A stretch of 63,760 bases of DNA, the filler included, from Syncephalis fuscata S228 (lineage: Eukaryota; Fungi; Zoopagomycota): the NCBI GenBank assembly GCA_025786725.1. It is 5 parts of 5 records of this genome, joined end to end, with 100 filler letters (N's around TTAATTAATTAA, not from the genome) between each part and the next. Parts side by side here need not be neighbours in the genome. Positions count along the whole stretch, not along the records: positions 36,158 to 52,020 come from JAHLTZ010000208.1; positions 52,121 to 62,562 come from JAHLTZ010000296.1; positions 62,663 to 63,760 come from JAHLTZ010000371.1; 2 more parts are not named here. One strand, given 5' to 3'. Numbering within the stretch: position 1 is the stretch's first letter; every line of letters starts with the position of its first letter. Below are positions 49,393-62,814 of the stretch, one piece after another. The position numbers were made by a program, and so were the translations under genes. A model generated the notes under the pieces. It was not told the DNA's origin, did not search any database, and was given only the letters and a program-made list of their open reading frames with translations.

Positions 49393-52020
49393 GTTGGTAA
49401 CTTAAAGAGGGTGTTCACCTATTATAGAATAAGGCTATTAGTCAATTGCTTAATAAATGGCACCTAGTCTACTGATTTGCAACGATAGCAACCAAAAAAA
49501 TTGGTGGCAGTGCCAGTGCAACAGCTACTACAACACGTGTACTTACCAGTTCGTGCTATAAGATATATTGTGTTGTTCAAGTTGTGTATAAACTGGCTAC
49601 AAACAGTTATACGTTGATGAGCGGCTGACACCAAATTGTATGGCAAAGGGTCGACGTCAATAAAGCGTAAAAGACAAGTCAAACCAGGTGTAATGAGAGA
49701 AGAGAAAGAGAATAAAGGAATGCACTATGCGTTGCAGTAGATAGCAAAGTGAAGAGATAAAGCCTTGTAAAATGCTTTGGAAACCCAATAAAGATGTAGT
49801 ACCAGAGTGGAGTTGTAAAACTCTCGGAGTGGACAGCTATAGTTTGAGAAATGCAATAAGAAAAAGGAGAATAAACACACAGTAATAAGGCGAGGAAAGG
49901 GGAGAGCTTAACGGAGCTGTACACAGAGAGGCACGTACACAGAGAATGTACACACGCCGTAGACAGGGCAACCAACCAACACTTATACGCTTCGACTCAG
50001 ACAAAGTAAGAAAGAAGTCGAAACGAGGCGAAACTAGAAGGGTAAACGTCGTTGATAACGCACACTGCCACGCACAAAGAGGTGTGATGAAGAGAACGAG
50101 TAAAGTGTTGTTGTTATTAGCAGCAACAACAACAAGTGCAAGCGAAGAAAAAGAAAGAGAACAAAACGTGCTCACTGTCAAGACTGGCAGTAAAATGCAC
50201 GTTGATCCATTATATGTACTATGGCGGTACTGTCTATGGGTATTTGCCCCATCCATAACAGAGCACTGCTGGGTCAAAGGCCGTTCTATTTATGGCGGAG
50301 ATTATATTCACATTGGGATCTATCCTATTTAGATCATGAGTACATGGGCGCCAAGAATTTTAGTCTTTAACTCTAGACCGTTCTCATGGTGAGTCTATGT
50401 CACTCAAAAGCGTGTGTATGTGTGATCTAATAGCTTGTAACAAATATTTATAGAAATGGAGAATTAGCACAATGCTACAGGTGTATGTTTAATAGCTAAT
50501 TGTCATGTCTGAGTGCTGTGTTCACTGGCTTGATAGATGCACAAAGGAAGAAGCAAGTATGCAGCAAAGAAAAGGGCAAAGGATGATTCTTATTCAAGGT
50601 GTTTATTGAAATACGTTGCTTTAATTTGGCTATTAAATATTATATGTTCTGCTATTAGTAATGAAATAAGTATTAGTGCTTACTTGGCTAATAGCTTTTG
50701 AATATCGAAAAACTAAATGGACATCTATAACATACACATCTGTGTTTAATGCTCATAGTATAGGATCTCTTGACACCTGGTTGTTTCCTGATAGTCTACC
50801 GATATCAAGTTAAGTGGTCGACTATGTGTTGCAGCTGGTTACAAAATATGTGCTGGCGAGTGGCATGATTATTGACAGCTCCAATGGCAGCAATGGTGAT
50901 GGCAGTAATGATGACGTACACGACTATCTGTGAGCTTTTATTGATGGCATTGTATTAGTTGAAGTCAATCTTTATTATGAAAATGACAATGGACAATAAT
51001 ATACAATAATGTTTATTGTGAATGATGATTTAAACACAAATCATTATCAAATTATTACAATAGATTGCGTAAAAAGATTTACTGATCTGGGGAATGCAAA
51101 GTAAATGTCAACCACTCTAATAGATACTCATGTTTAGCTATCCACGTGAATCCGCCAAGCATGCAGTCCTTTTCGTGTGTGTCCGTATCATTAAAATGCT
51201 GCACACATATACACAGATTCATACACAAACTATAACTGACTTAAATGGTGATTAGCCGTTTAAATGTTTTTATAGTGCTGGTGAAACAACAGTATATTTA
51301 TACGACACTTGTATGGATTTTATTGTATTAAGTAATGCTAGTATGCATTGGTAATCTTTTTTACTATTAAGACTGTAGTACCAAGTTTCATAATACAGTA
51401 ATATTGTCAAGTTTTACTGCGCCCATCTAATACACTGGCTTCTACACGCCCAGTCTACAAGTAGAGAACCCATGATTTGTTTGAACAGATCACAGTTAAA
51501 AATTCAGTCTATGACGCCTTATTGCTTTGTGTTATTTATTATAATATTGATAAAACAGAAACAAAACAATTACATTAGATGATATTGATTAATTTAGTCA
51601 ATTTTATATCGGAACTTGCGGTCAAGTAATAAAGACAATATAAATACAATTAGTGTCGCAATTCAGTTACTTCTTTGTATTAATCGTTTAGTCGCCAACT
51701 TTGGAGATAAAACACATAACCAACAACGACTAGCGGAACCCGAGTAATAAACTAGGTAGTTGTATTTTCTAAAAATAACATTTGAACTACCGATGGCTAA
51801 AATTAGTTTTTTAGATTTATTGCAATTATTTAAACTTGTACGACTTGTAAGCAAGTAATGTAGCTAAAATCTGTTACATATCGGATAGCTTACCAAACTT
51901 TTACTATTTGGAATAGACAATGCACGATAAAAATGAACTCATCAGACGATGCTATGCGTATGAGGAGCCGGCGTGAAACGAAGTGTCAGAAGGTCAGACA
52001 ACAATTATTACTTGTTGCCT

Positions 52021-52120
52021 NNNNNNNNNNNNNNNNNNNNNNNNNNNNNNNNNNNNNNNNNNNNTTAATTAATTAANNNNNNNNNNNNNNNNNNNNNNNN
52101 NNNNNNNNNNNNNNNNNNNN
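52021..52120. other. Artificial contig-join linker
   Basis: N44-TTAATTAATTAA-N44. Confidence 0.97.
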
Positions 52121-52528
52121 ATCTACCATCGCCTGCAGTGGCAATTAATTCATCTAATAATGCAATAAACACATTGTTAATACTATACTTGTTAAACAGC
52201 TGAATAACTTGCCGACTGGTGAAAAACGAACTACATTCACGGCACCGGTATGTCGACTCAGTGTACACAAATAGTCGACCTGTGGAGGCCCCTCGTTGGA
52301 CTCTGACGCGACACGCCATAGCTAAAAATATTAATATCAATAATTGTGTTAGTTTAGCAAAGCGATTTAAATGACACGTACGCGAACATTGCCATCACCA
52401 CCCGACGTGGCTACGCGATGGCCAGTGTGTGGTGTGTTCTGTGCACTATTTGGCCGTTGTGGCTCGAAATGACATGAATAGATAGGCTGCCGGTCATGCC
52501 AAAGAATCTGCAGTGTTTTTGCTCGCAT
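52121..52528 (-). CDS. CAC2: Chromatin assembly factor 1 subunit B (WD40), 5' part only
   Basis: MRAKTLQILWHDRQPIYSCHFEP...RVATSGGDGNVR/LWRV...VDYLCTLSRHTGAVNVVRFSP/ELIATAGD, cut by the gap. Confidence 0.85.
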
Positions 52529-53441
52529 GTCTTCGTGAATTAGCGCTGTAATTCTTATTGGAAAGAAACACCGCCACTAAAAAAATAAAAGAAAGGTGCT
52601 GCTGTATTTTGACTTTTACATTTTATTTACTCATTTCACACCTTCACTTTTAAATACAATTAAACATCTATTCATCACTATAACATCTATAATATTACAC
52701 CCAACATTAATTAATTAATGTGTAGTTATTAGTACAAAAATGTAATTAATTAGTTGCCTTTATTATTGCTTTAATATATGTATGCATTTTCATTATGATA
52801 TTAATCGTTCAAAATGTCATTTATTTAGTCAGATTGGCTATAGAAAAAGTGGCTGTTTAATAAACGACATTTACAATAATTATATTAATCTTGTTTTACA
52901 GCACAAATATACTTAAAATACAATAGTAGAATATTAGAAAATAGAAAAGACTATTCAAACGCAATAATCAATATTGTAAATAGATGCAGTAAATGCAGAA
53001 TGACATGGAATTGCAATCATATAGCTTTTATTAATATTCAATCAATCTTTCTACATATAGCCAACAACAACAATAATTGATCTCAAATGTTTCAAAGAAA
53101 TCAAATAGTATGTCACATTCATTATTTAAATCAATTTATTAACAATATTTTAGTAGAAAGTAATATATGTTGTGCATCATAATGACATGACTTTGACTAG
53201 AGCAAATTTGCTTTGGGGACTCAGAAGTGGGAATTAAAGTGAAATCTAGCCATCCTTGATTTAATCAGTTAAATATCTCGGACTTTAATGTTTATTAATG
53301 CTTTTTTTTGCGGACTATACTAAATAAAAGATAACATCTTGTCTCATTCTCACGATATAAAACAATAAAAATGTATTAAATAGATGCTATTGCCACACGA
53401 ATATGATTTACGCACACACATTTCCTATTGAGCTTGTAAAC

Positions 53442-54299
53442 ATGCGATCCTCTTCTATTCTATTCCAGTTGGTTCATGTGGTGATGGTTGGCGCCTCTAT
53501 TGCTGCCGCATCGACTGTAGCTAACCGCTGTCCAAAGAATGCTACAGCTGAGTCATTGCCACCTGCTAGCGGCACCGTTATTTGGGAGGATGATTTTACT
53601 GATGGTCAGCTAAATGAGAACCAATGGAATTATGATGTTGGTGATGGCTGTGACATCGGTCTATGTCAATGGGGCAATTGGGAGCATGAAGTATATTCGC
53701 GTGATGGTGTACAAACAGGTGTTGATGGATCATTATTGCGAATAACGGCACGACGTACCGGTGATCAGTCATGGACATCGGGACGGATAAATACACGCGG
53801 AAAGTTTTCGTTAACTTACGGTCGAGTTGATACGCGTGTTCGTATGCCGACAATCGATGGACCATTCTCAGCTGTCTGGCTTGCTTCATTGGAGAGTCCC
53901 TATGGTGCATGGCCTAGCAGTGGTGAAATTGATTTAATCGAGTACCAATCGGCATGGAAGACTTTGTTCCAACCTGAGCAAGTCAGAACACCGGGCACGG
54001 TTCATACCAAGAATCACTACAATGGCAACTCGGCGTCGTATTGGGCTGAAGGCAACAATCCTTCGCAATGGCATACTTATTCAATGATCTGGCGTCCGGA
54101 TAGTATTGAATTTTTAGTGGATGACCAATTCCTTGGTCGTTACACGCCACCAACCATGGAGAAAGACGACTGGCCATTTGATCGTCCATTCTACTTGGTT
54201 ATTAATCTGGCTATTGAACCATATTGGGGTACCAAGGTATCTGCTGATGTTCAGGAAATTAGCATGGATGTTGATTGGGTTCGCGTTACACAGCTTTAA
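53442..54299 (+). CDS. Secreted GH16 beta-1,3-glucanase (laminarinase-like), intronless
   Basis: Signal peptide from MRSSS (the ORF also has an ATG at 53403), WEDDF, WGNWEHEVY, SGRINTRGKF, catalytic WPSSGEIDLIE, PFDRPFYLVINLA, MDVDWVRV. Confidence 0.93.
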   Translation: MRSSSILFQLVHVVMVGASIAAASTVANRCPKNATAESLPPASGTVIWEDDFTDGQLNENQWNYDVGDGCDIGLCQWGNWEHEVYSRDGVQTGVDGSLLRITARRTGDQSWTSGRINTRGKFSLTYGRVDTRVRMPTIDGPFSAVWLASLESPYGAWPSSGEIDLIEYQSAWKTLFQPEQVRTPGTVHTKNHYNGNSASYWAEGNNPSQWHTYSMIWRPDSIEFLVDDQFLGRYTPPTMEKDDWPFDRPFYLVINLAIEPYWGTKVSADVQEISMDVDWVRVTQL

Positions 54300-55218
54300 T
54301 TTCATAAAGATCTAAGCAAATAAAAGCTCAATGATTTAATTATAGTGTTACTATTTCACCAGCCTAATTGTGGTGTAAGTTGCGTTATTTACCATATTTG
54401 GTAGAAAACTTAATTAGCAATAACTTCATCACGTGACTATTCCCATTTTCGGTAATAGTCAGGGTCCTAGTAAAAGATGGTCATTCTTTCGGTTAAGACA
54501 CGGCGATCCCAACACTACAATTGTTTCTAACTTTTGACAAGAAACACAGCGCCTATAAATACCTGCAATTCACGGCCCCATATTACTTATTAAAATAACA
54601 CTGGCCCCATATCGCTTGAAGAAGAAATTGAACAGACAAGCCGTTCAAGTTCTTCCTTCGCAGTATTCAAGACCATTTGTTATAGAATGGCAGCCATATT
54701 TTTAATCTTAATAAAATTATCTTATCTTGGTTTTAAATTCTTTTTTATTTTATTTGAATTTTGAACCTTTTTGATCATTTCAGTCTTGCAGTGATTGCTA
54801 GACTGAACTGATCTTTTTATCTAAGTTAACACTATTTTAGTCATTTACTCTACTTTTGTGGAAATTATTAATTAAAGGTAGATAATCTTTATTTATAAAA
54901 ACAATTAAGTAAGTATTAGATAACTCTAATTACTAACATTATAGGTCACTCAAGATCAAGCATAATATTAGTAACCTGTTTATTATTCTACTCTTAGTGG
55001 AATAGTAACAATAGTTATACATTATTATTTAAAATGTTGATTTAATGATTTACAATATAGTAATTCAAAATTGTAAAGAAGCAAATGCTAGATATGTAAA
55101 TAATGGAGAAATATGAAGCGTTAATAATACTAATGTGATTCGCTTATAATACTTTATTTAGCTATACTTGATTGCACATTTCATAAATTGAATAGATACG
55201 TTGAGAAATTAGACAATT

Positions 55219-56417
55219 TTAATTTACTTGCTGTTGTTGATGTTGCTGCTGCCTCGCTGCCTCTCTTTCGGCGGTAAGTCGAAGGATACGCTCGTAAACA
55301 GGCCGTGTCATTTTATGTGGCCAAATATTCATAGCCCATTTCTCGCCTCCTTGTACCGGTTCACCAGCATGTTCCGTTCTAATAATAAATTAAAGTTAAT
55401 AAAAAAGATTAAATACAATCTATAGTGTCATTGTTAGCTAAATATACCTCCAATCCTCTAGACCATCGCGGCCAAGATTTAACCAGAAAATAGCCGAGTT
55501 TTTTACCGGCGGGAATGCTAGATTTAATTTGGGGAAGCTAGTAGCACCGCCAGCTTGTGGCGCATTCAAATAAACGATCATAGTGGCCCATCGCTGTCCC
55601 TTGATTCTACTCCAATCGTCAAACATTAACATGTCATCTTCGCGCATAAAATCATAATGCGGCTTATACTGTTGTCCTGGCTGATAGCGAATCACTTGTA
55701 ATGCCTCAATGTCTTCAGCGGGAATACTAGTAAATTGTTGAACGCGTTCTTGAATACAGTGTGTCACGGCGTCTGTATCGTAGGTGATCCATGATGTTGT
55801 TGAAGTGCGTACATCATCCTGGAAGCGAACACCATCGCTAAACTGAAGTCCAGAACGAGTCATGCTACTAGCACTAAATATTATACGTATTAGGTAATGG
55901 TAATTGCTTGGATTATAAAATTAGCTTACCTAATATTCATCATATGATTTGCTTCTCCTGGCTGAAGAAAGTCTTCAATCACCATAATAAGTGGATCACT
56001 ACGTACGATTTTAATTTTGTAGTCATGTTTACAGACATAATTACTACCAATTCTTCTTCCTACACCATTTGGCGAATCAAACCAAACTGCATTATCGGAA
56101 ATAGCCTCTTGAATTTGTGGCTGTTCGACTGCTATATTTGATTCACTAGGCGGTAGCTGGCTAATATTTTTCTTCAGAACTGCAAATAATATAGGCCCAA
56201 ACACGGCTGCCACTAATGTAATTGAGACACCTAGCATTGCTAGTTGGCCAATCGAGTAGCCGCTCTTGCGGTATTGATCATAGACTCGTGTAGGCTGTGC
56301 CTTTACATTCGATGGTACTTTCCCGTCTAACATATCTTGAGATAGACCGTCATCACTGCTGCTCGAATGCTTCGGGCTTTGGTTTCCGTTAGACGCCTTT
56401 GATTTCCGTTTAGTCAT
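55219..56417 (-). CDS. Prolyl 4-hydroxylase-like 2OG-Fe(II) dioxygenase, copy 1
   Basis: N-terminal TM, DPLIMVIEDFL, VRTSTT, EALQVIRYQPGQQYKPHYD, QRWATMIVYLN, GGATSFP, TEHAGEPVQGGEKWAMNIW. Confidence 0.9.
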
Positions 56418-56736
56418 AGGGGGTATGCCAAGGCAATTGATTCCGATATATAGTTTGAATAAAATAACGGCACTTGATATTCTGTCGTAGTAGTGGCACA
56501 TACGCCCAACAATGCGGTTTATATAACTGCTTATTAACACACAAATATATTATGCCATTTTTACAAATAAAAGGAGCATGTTAAAAGACCGACTCCCCTG
56601 CGCGTCTCCTGAACATGTCTTAGCTTGAAAGCCATGCACTCCTTTTGCCAATTTATTCTACGTAAAAACATACGTAACATTGCATTTATTATAACAAAAA
56701 TAGCATGTTTGTGCACTAGCTCATTAGGTGAGCTGC

Positions 56737-57756
56737 TCATGGATCCCAAACGTACTGCTCTTGAACTTCATCGGTCCACATGTGAGGCCAGAGATTAATG
56801 GCCCACTTTTCGCCCTCTTCTACAGGTTCTCCCGCGTGTGTTGTTCTATGCAATAGCAAATATGTTAAAAAGCAGTAGTTTGCAGTTAGTGTCTTGCAAA
56901 TACCTAGTATCTTCGGTGGCATTCGGATGCATATTAATCCAAAATACTAATTGTAAAAATGTTAGTTTTGCCATGTAATATTATTAGCAGCAACAATTTA
57001 CCGGCATCATTTTTCTTTACGGGAACACTGTATCCAAGCTCATAAAAAGCAGTATTACCGCCTTTAATAGGTTCATGTAGATACGCCAAAATAGTGGCAA
57101 ATCTCTGGCCAAACTGGCCCCAGTAATTTTTCTTTAAATACTCAATATCCAAAAAATCGGTATGTTTTTTGTATTCCTGCCCAGGGTGATAGCGCACCAC
57201 TTGTAGGTATTCAAGACTTTCTCTATCTGCGCCAGTTAGTTGCGTTGCTCTCTCTTCAATACACTCAACGACGTTTGTTAGTGACCGTTCGAGTATGGCA
57301 CTATTCGACGTTCTATATTTTTCTGTTTCTGTTCTATTTAAGGTTTCTGAGGGAACAAATTTGGTCTTTCTAAAATTAATGATAGAATCAGCAAGTAATT
57401 CTGCTTTACACGTAGATTACTTACGCTAGCTCCATAATATGTTCTGCTTCAGTATCTTGCAAAAATCCATGGATATAAGCAACAAATGGTGAATGGCTTA
57501 TTATTTTTAATGAATAGTTGTGGCGACATACATATTCAGTGTTTTTTATTGGTGCTTTTAAAACAGCATTGGTTGAAGATAATAAAATTTCAAGTTGCGG
57601 TGCTAGGACAAGCGCAAATACGATAGAAAAAAACAACATTAACGATAGAGTTAGTTCAGAAACATTGCCACTAGGAACAGCTGGCGATGTAGTCTCTTTC
57701 AACTCTTTCAACTCTTTTGCTGACTGCTCAATCAAATCAGATGACTCTTGATCCAT
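56737..57756 (-). CDS. Prolyl 4-hydroxylase-like 2OG-Fe(II) dioxygenase, copy 2
   Basis: N-terminal TM, SPFVAYIHGFL, YRTSNS, LQVVRYHPGQEYKKHTD, QRFATILAYL, GGNTAF, THAGEPVEEGEKWAINLW. Confidence 0.9.
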
Positions 57757-58097
57757 AATCGCTTATACTATTGGTAAAAAGTTGGTTAAAATTAATACAA
57801 ATTATCAATTGAAGTAGTAAAATAAGTGGCAAATAGATGTTATCGCACTGTTTATAAATGTTGTTGTCTAAAAGGAGGCAACATGGTGTATATGAAAGGG
57901 GCTATTACGATTGCAATACATGTTTGCCAATAAAACAGCCACAATTTGGGATGTGTGTTAAAAGTACAATTTAGCCAAAGCAACATTAAGACACATTAGG
58001 CATTACTGAATAACTAGGGCAAGTCACTGATGTCGCCCATCGTCAAATCAAGTGCTATTGTTAGTTTACTTTTCTCCATTGCGTTTATTCAACGACT

Positions 58098-59134
58098 ATG
58101 AACACTACTTTGGTTAATAGCGACGCAGTCCATCGGATAGCATTATTTATAAAAAAGCAGATAAATGAACGGGTACATTCTACAGAAGCATCTACCAATA
58201 TAATTGTCGGTTTAAATGGTCCACAAGGCATTGGTACATTATAATGAATTAACTATCTAGCTTTACATTAATCTTTAACATTAGGAAAGACTACAATAAC
58301 TCGTGCTGTAGCCGCACAGCTTGCCACAGCTGGCCATGAAGTACATATTTTATCGATTGATGATCTTTATTTGACACATACAGATCAGCATGAATTGGCC
58401 ACAACCACGGCAAATCCACTGTTAGCTCATCGTGGCCTACCCGGTACACACGACATTGATTTAGGCAAATCCATTCTTAGCGCTTTTCGAACGGGTGAGC
58501 AAGATATTCACGTACCAGTTTATGACAAATCACTTTATAATGGTGAAGGCGATCGCTCTTTCGAATCAATCATTTGGTCTAAGGCATTATTAGCAACAGC
58601 AACAGCAGCAACAGCAGCTCCACGAATACTATTATTTGAAGGTTGGTGTCTAGGATTCAGTCCTATTGATCAGTCGACGCTTGAATTACAATTGGCCTCA
58701 CCTACAAAATCGATTCTTCATCAGTAAGCAATACACTTGGATATATCAAAAACATAAATAAATAAAAATAACTAAATGTAAATACTATCAATAGGTATTC
58801 ATTAGCTCATTTAGAGGCAATCAATGCCAATTTGGCTTGCTACGTCGATGCATGGTATCCATTCATTGATTTATTTGTTATACTGGAAGCTGAAAAGCTC
58901 AGTAGTGTATACGAGTGGCGTGAACAACAAGAAGAAGCACTTCGACAAAAAAACAACGGCAGTGGCATGTCGGCCGCGGCCATTCGATCCTTTGTCGATG
59001 TATTCATGGTGGGCTATTTACTATGGCTATCTCAGCTCTTGCAAGCTGGCATCCGTAGCACTGATACACAACGGAATACACCCACGTTAACGCTCACTTT
59101 CAATCATCAACGCGAAATCATTCGTACAAAATAA
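58098..59134 (+). CDS. D-glycerate 3-kinase / Tda10-like P-loop kinase
   Basis: VGLNGPQGI/GKTT, LSIDDLYLT, NPLLAHRGLPGTHD, VPVYDKSLYNGEGDR, LLFEGWCLGF, VYEWREQQE, GMS. Confidence 0.88.
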
Positions 59135-59155
59135 AGCAAATAAGATTTATTAAAA

Positions 59156-61475
59156 TTAAAATTTAAAGTCTTTATATTTCTTGTCTTTTGATTTGGCATC
59201 TGTCACTTTTTGTCGCTTCTTTGCTTGTTTATTCGCATGATCTGCCACCATATCACTAAAGTCTTGTTGGTCACTTCGTTTTGCCTATAAGCGATGGACC
59301 AATTAGTAAATAGCTATTGTAGGTTTATTAGTCTATTCATCAAATACTTACGCCCATTTCTGCTTCATAGCGTGCTTTAATGGCATCTTCATCCAAACCT
59401 TCGACTTCTGATGGATCTAAAGCCACTTCAACACCTGGTCCAGTTGGTTTTCGCTATCGTTTTGATGTTAATGCATTAATACCTTGTTGTATCTACAATT
59501 TACCTTGTTTCCTTTTCCAGAGCCGGCCAAATCATATACATGTTGTGATCCCATAAATCCCTTAATAGTGCTTTCTTTTTCTTTAAGTACTTGGTACAGT
59601 TCACGAGGCCCCTCATCCGTTCTATACAAATCATACAAAAGTTACATGTTACAATTACGCTAAAATAAAGCATGATGCTTACCGTCGTGGCTCTTTACGT
59701 AATTCAATATGTTCTGGAGTTGTTAAACCAGTAGCAACACTGCTAATGCCACTGGGTGTTACAAGACCACCTTGAAGTGCTCCTATCTCCATCGATAAGT
59801 ATTGCTTTTACATATAATCATTATCACTTACCAGTATCCTCGTCTACTTCCTCTTCATCTTCATATCGACGAGTATCCTCCTCCGCCTCAGACTCTTCTT
59901 CCTCCTCCTCTTCAGTCTCCTCTTCTTCCTCCTCTTCCGATTCTAACTCGCCCCATAATGCTTTATCTATTGGCATCATATCCTATCAAATATCTAGTTA
60001 ATTGTTAATCCAAACATTTATGTCCGCCATTCTCACCTCTTGAGGAATGACGGGCCTTGATACGCCAAATACATCGCCATACAATGGACGATTAAACTAA
60101 ATACATCTATTATTAGATATTAGAATAAATAATATCTACATTACTTGCCTCATCTACTGGAGGTTTACCCCAGCCACCTGGATGATATCCCCATTGAGCA
60201 CTAATCAATAGATAAATAGATAGATAAACAATATTAGATAAACTCAATAGTATCAGCCATTATAAATACCCTTCAGGAATAGGTGCACTTAATCCAGGTA
60301 TTTTAAGTGTAGGATAACTTGGTGGCGGTCCATATCGCTGCATATTAATCAACCAAGGTGGTGGGGCTAATGGTGGAATACCAAGTGCATTAATCAGTTC
60401 ATCGGACAGTTCACCGGGCCGTTTTTGCTTTAAATGTGTCTCGAATTCTTTGCCTTCATAATAGCTATAATTTATCCATTCAGTTATACATATATTAATA
60501 CTACACAATAACTTACACGTCACCATGAATTGTCATACGAGGCTTTGTTTGATATCGGAAAAATGCATCATGTAGTTTTTGATAGTCAATTTCTAGTTTG
60601 CCCATCTTTGGCTGTACTCGTTCGCGTGTCTTCGACTTGAGTGTCTGCTGGTCCTCTTTATCTTGAATTGCCTGTCTCATCTCCATAATGCCGGTTTCTT
60701 TAATAAAATCTATTATATACAAATGGACATATTATCATTAGTGCTTTGTCTAATTAGTCAGTTTAATAACTTACCTGGTAGTTCAAAGGGCGGCTTTTCA
60801 ATACCACGTTTATTTTGTAAATATTTTCTTTTTTGGCTCCAATGGATAGGCACAGGGACGGTATTACGATATGATTTAAGGCTTACTAATAATTTAGGAT
60901 CAGCTGCAGTAGCATCAACCCACTAGTCATCATACTCAATTGTAAATGCATAATAAATAGCGAGTTTTAATTAAACTTACCTCTACAACTTCTGGTTTAG
61001 TTACAAGTTGCTTAAGTTCAGCAACAGTTAATCGATTGATTTTTTTTAATTTCTTTTTAGATAATGGCTCATCTTCATCTTCTTCATCCTCTTCTGCATC
61101 TGATCCAGATGCTTTGGCTTTAGCCGTACCATCATCCTCGGCTGTCTCATCATCAGCGTTTTTGTTAGTTGACGTTACAGGTAGCTCTTCGTCTTCGTCT
61201 TCGTCAGCTCCACTGCTTAGTTTTTGGAATTTGGCAAATACATCGGCAAATACTTCAAATTCCGGCTCATTCAATTCTACGTCTGGTGTAATATATTCTA
61301 CTTCTACATTCTCTAGTGCAGATGCCTTGGACGCGCCATCACTACCTGGGGCTGTGCTTAATAGGGCGCGACGCTCTTCCGCCTCTCGTTGCTGTTGCTC
61401 TTGCTTTTCCTTCTTACTGCGACGCTTACGCTGTCGCTGTTTGGCCTGTGTCGGATTGGTCGTTTCACTAGGCAT
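59156..61475 (-). CDS. SF3B2: Splicing factor 3B subunit 2 (SAP145/Cus1)
   Basis: RLTVAELKQLVTKPEVVE, NTVPVPIHWSQKRKYL, QPKMGKLEIDYQKLHDAFF, PPPWLINMQRYGPPPSYP, WGYHPGGWGKPPVDE, ending KYKDFKF*. Confidence 0.96.
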
Positions 61476-62470
61476 GGCTATAGTGATCAAACCTGCAACG
61501 CTTTATTAGATCGTCGATGAAATACTTGCACCGTACCAATAATTTACAGCGTAGAAGATTGTGGCGTGTATCAGTAGCAATGGAATAGTATAGATTCAAC
61601 GTTTGGTGATGAATAAAACGAATTCCGGTGATCGTAGAGAAAAACAATCTATCCTATCCATTAACGTGTGATTTAATCTTTAATTTGGTTTATTTACTAA
61701 TTACGAACTAAACTAACTGTGCTTACATTTAAAGATTTCACTCGTTTTTATTACACATTATTTGAATAGTAATTATTTCACTTTAATAAACCGATTTACT
61801 CATTAAATAAACTATCCATTTATTTGTTCAGCCCTATCTGTTGTAGTAGTAAAAGGTACTAAACCATAGCCGTAGTTTCGTTTGAACGACATTATATTCC
61901 TGTACAACCATGTTTATTTGTTTGCTGTTTGTTTTTATTATTTTTTTCCTCTACTTCTCCGTATTATTGTACTATAATCGTAGAGTTCAACGTAACAAGT
62001 ACCCTACTATCGACACGAGTCCATTCGCTGCTCAAGGGATGTGGGACCAAGCGATATAACCATCGTCATGTGAAACTGCATTGCTATGTACATATTCATA
62101 CAATATATTGATTAGGAAAAATATGTCGCGTGCTGACCATCTATTTTAGTGGTGGAGTTGACTTCTGCTGCCTAGGCGGGGGCAAGAACGTGGGCTGATC
62201 TTTGCGTACTGAGCCAATCAATGGAAGCAGCACCGCTCATTCCAAAGAGGCCCTTCCATTGTTGCATCATCGCCGACAGCACGAATGTTCTTTTAAATAC
62301 AGCGGTGGTGCCATGCTCGTTGCTCTAATTAGTTTCTTTATACAGAGTCGCAAGCCGCCCTTCTTAGCTCTACCTTTTTTCTTTTATCTGTGCTCTTTAG
62401 GACTAGTTGCTGTTGTTTTTTCGACTACACACACCACACCTATCTCCATATTGGGTGCTCGTCAACAAAC

Positions 62471-62562
62471 ATGACATCCGATCTTCGCCAACGCCCCACG
62501 GGCAAGGGCGCTAAAGCCCAGAAATCTGACGAAAAAGTCGTTGATACGCGGACTGACACTTC
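62471..62562 (+). CDS. 5' end of an unidentified gene, cut by the gap
   Basis: ATG in an ACAAACATG context, MTSDLRQRPTGKGAKAQKSDEK..., with upstream GGCGGG, CCAAT and TTTAAATA motifs. Confidence 0.5.
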
Positions 62563-62662
62563 NNNNNNNNNNNNNNNNNNNNNNNNNNNNNNNNNNNNNN
62601 NNNNNNTTAATTAATTAANNNNNNNNNNNNNNNNNNNNNNNNNNNNNNNNNNNNNNNNNNNN
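62563..62662. other. Artificial contig-join linker
   Basis: N44-TTAATTAATTAA-N44. Confidence 0.97.
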
Positions 62663-62814
62663 ATGATTGGTGCCAATTGACTTGTTTGACAGCACTCGCC
62701 AGTCAAACTAAACGTTTATTTTATTGAATAATCATTTTTATTAAATTATCAAATCATTAGATTATATTATGATTTGGGGTGTCAAATGACTATATTGATA
62801 ACATTCGCGCAATT

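Noticed and set aside
49464-50332. ORFs upstream of Pns1
   Set aside because: They overlap on both strands, have biased composition and no recognisable motif; this is probably promoter or UTR sequence.
61036-61509. Ser-rich plus-strand ORFs (also 59756-60008 and 10955-11227)
   Set aside because: They are antisense to acidic tracts of SF3B2 and Mim2.
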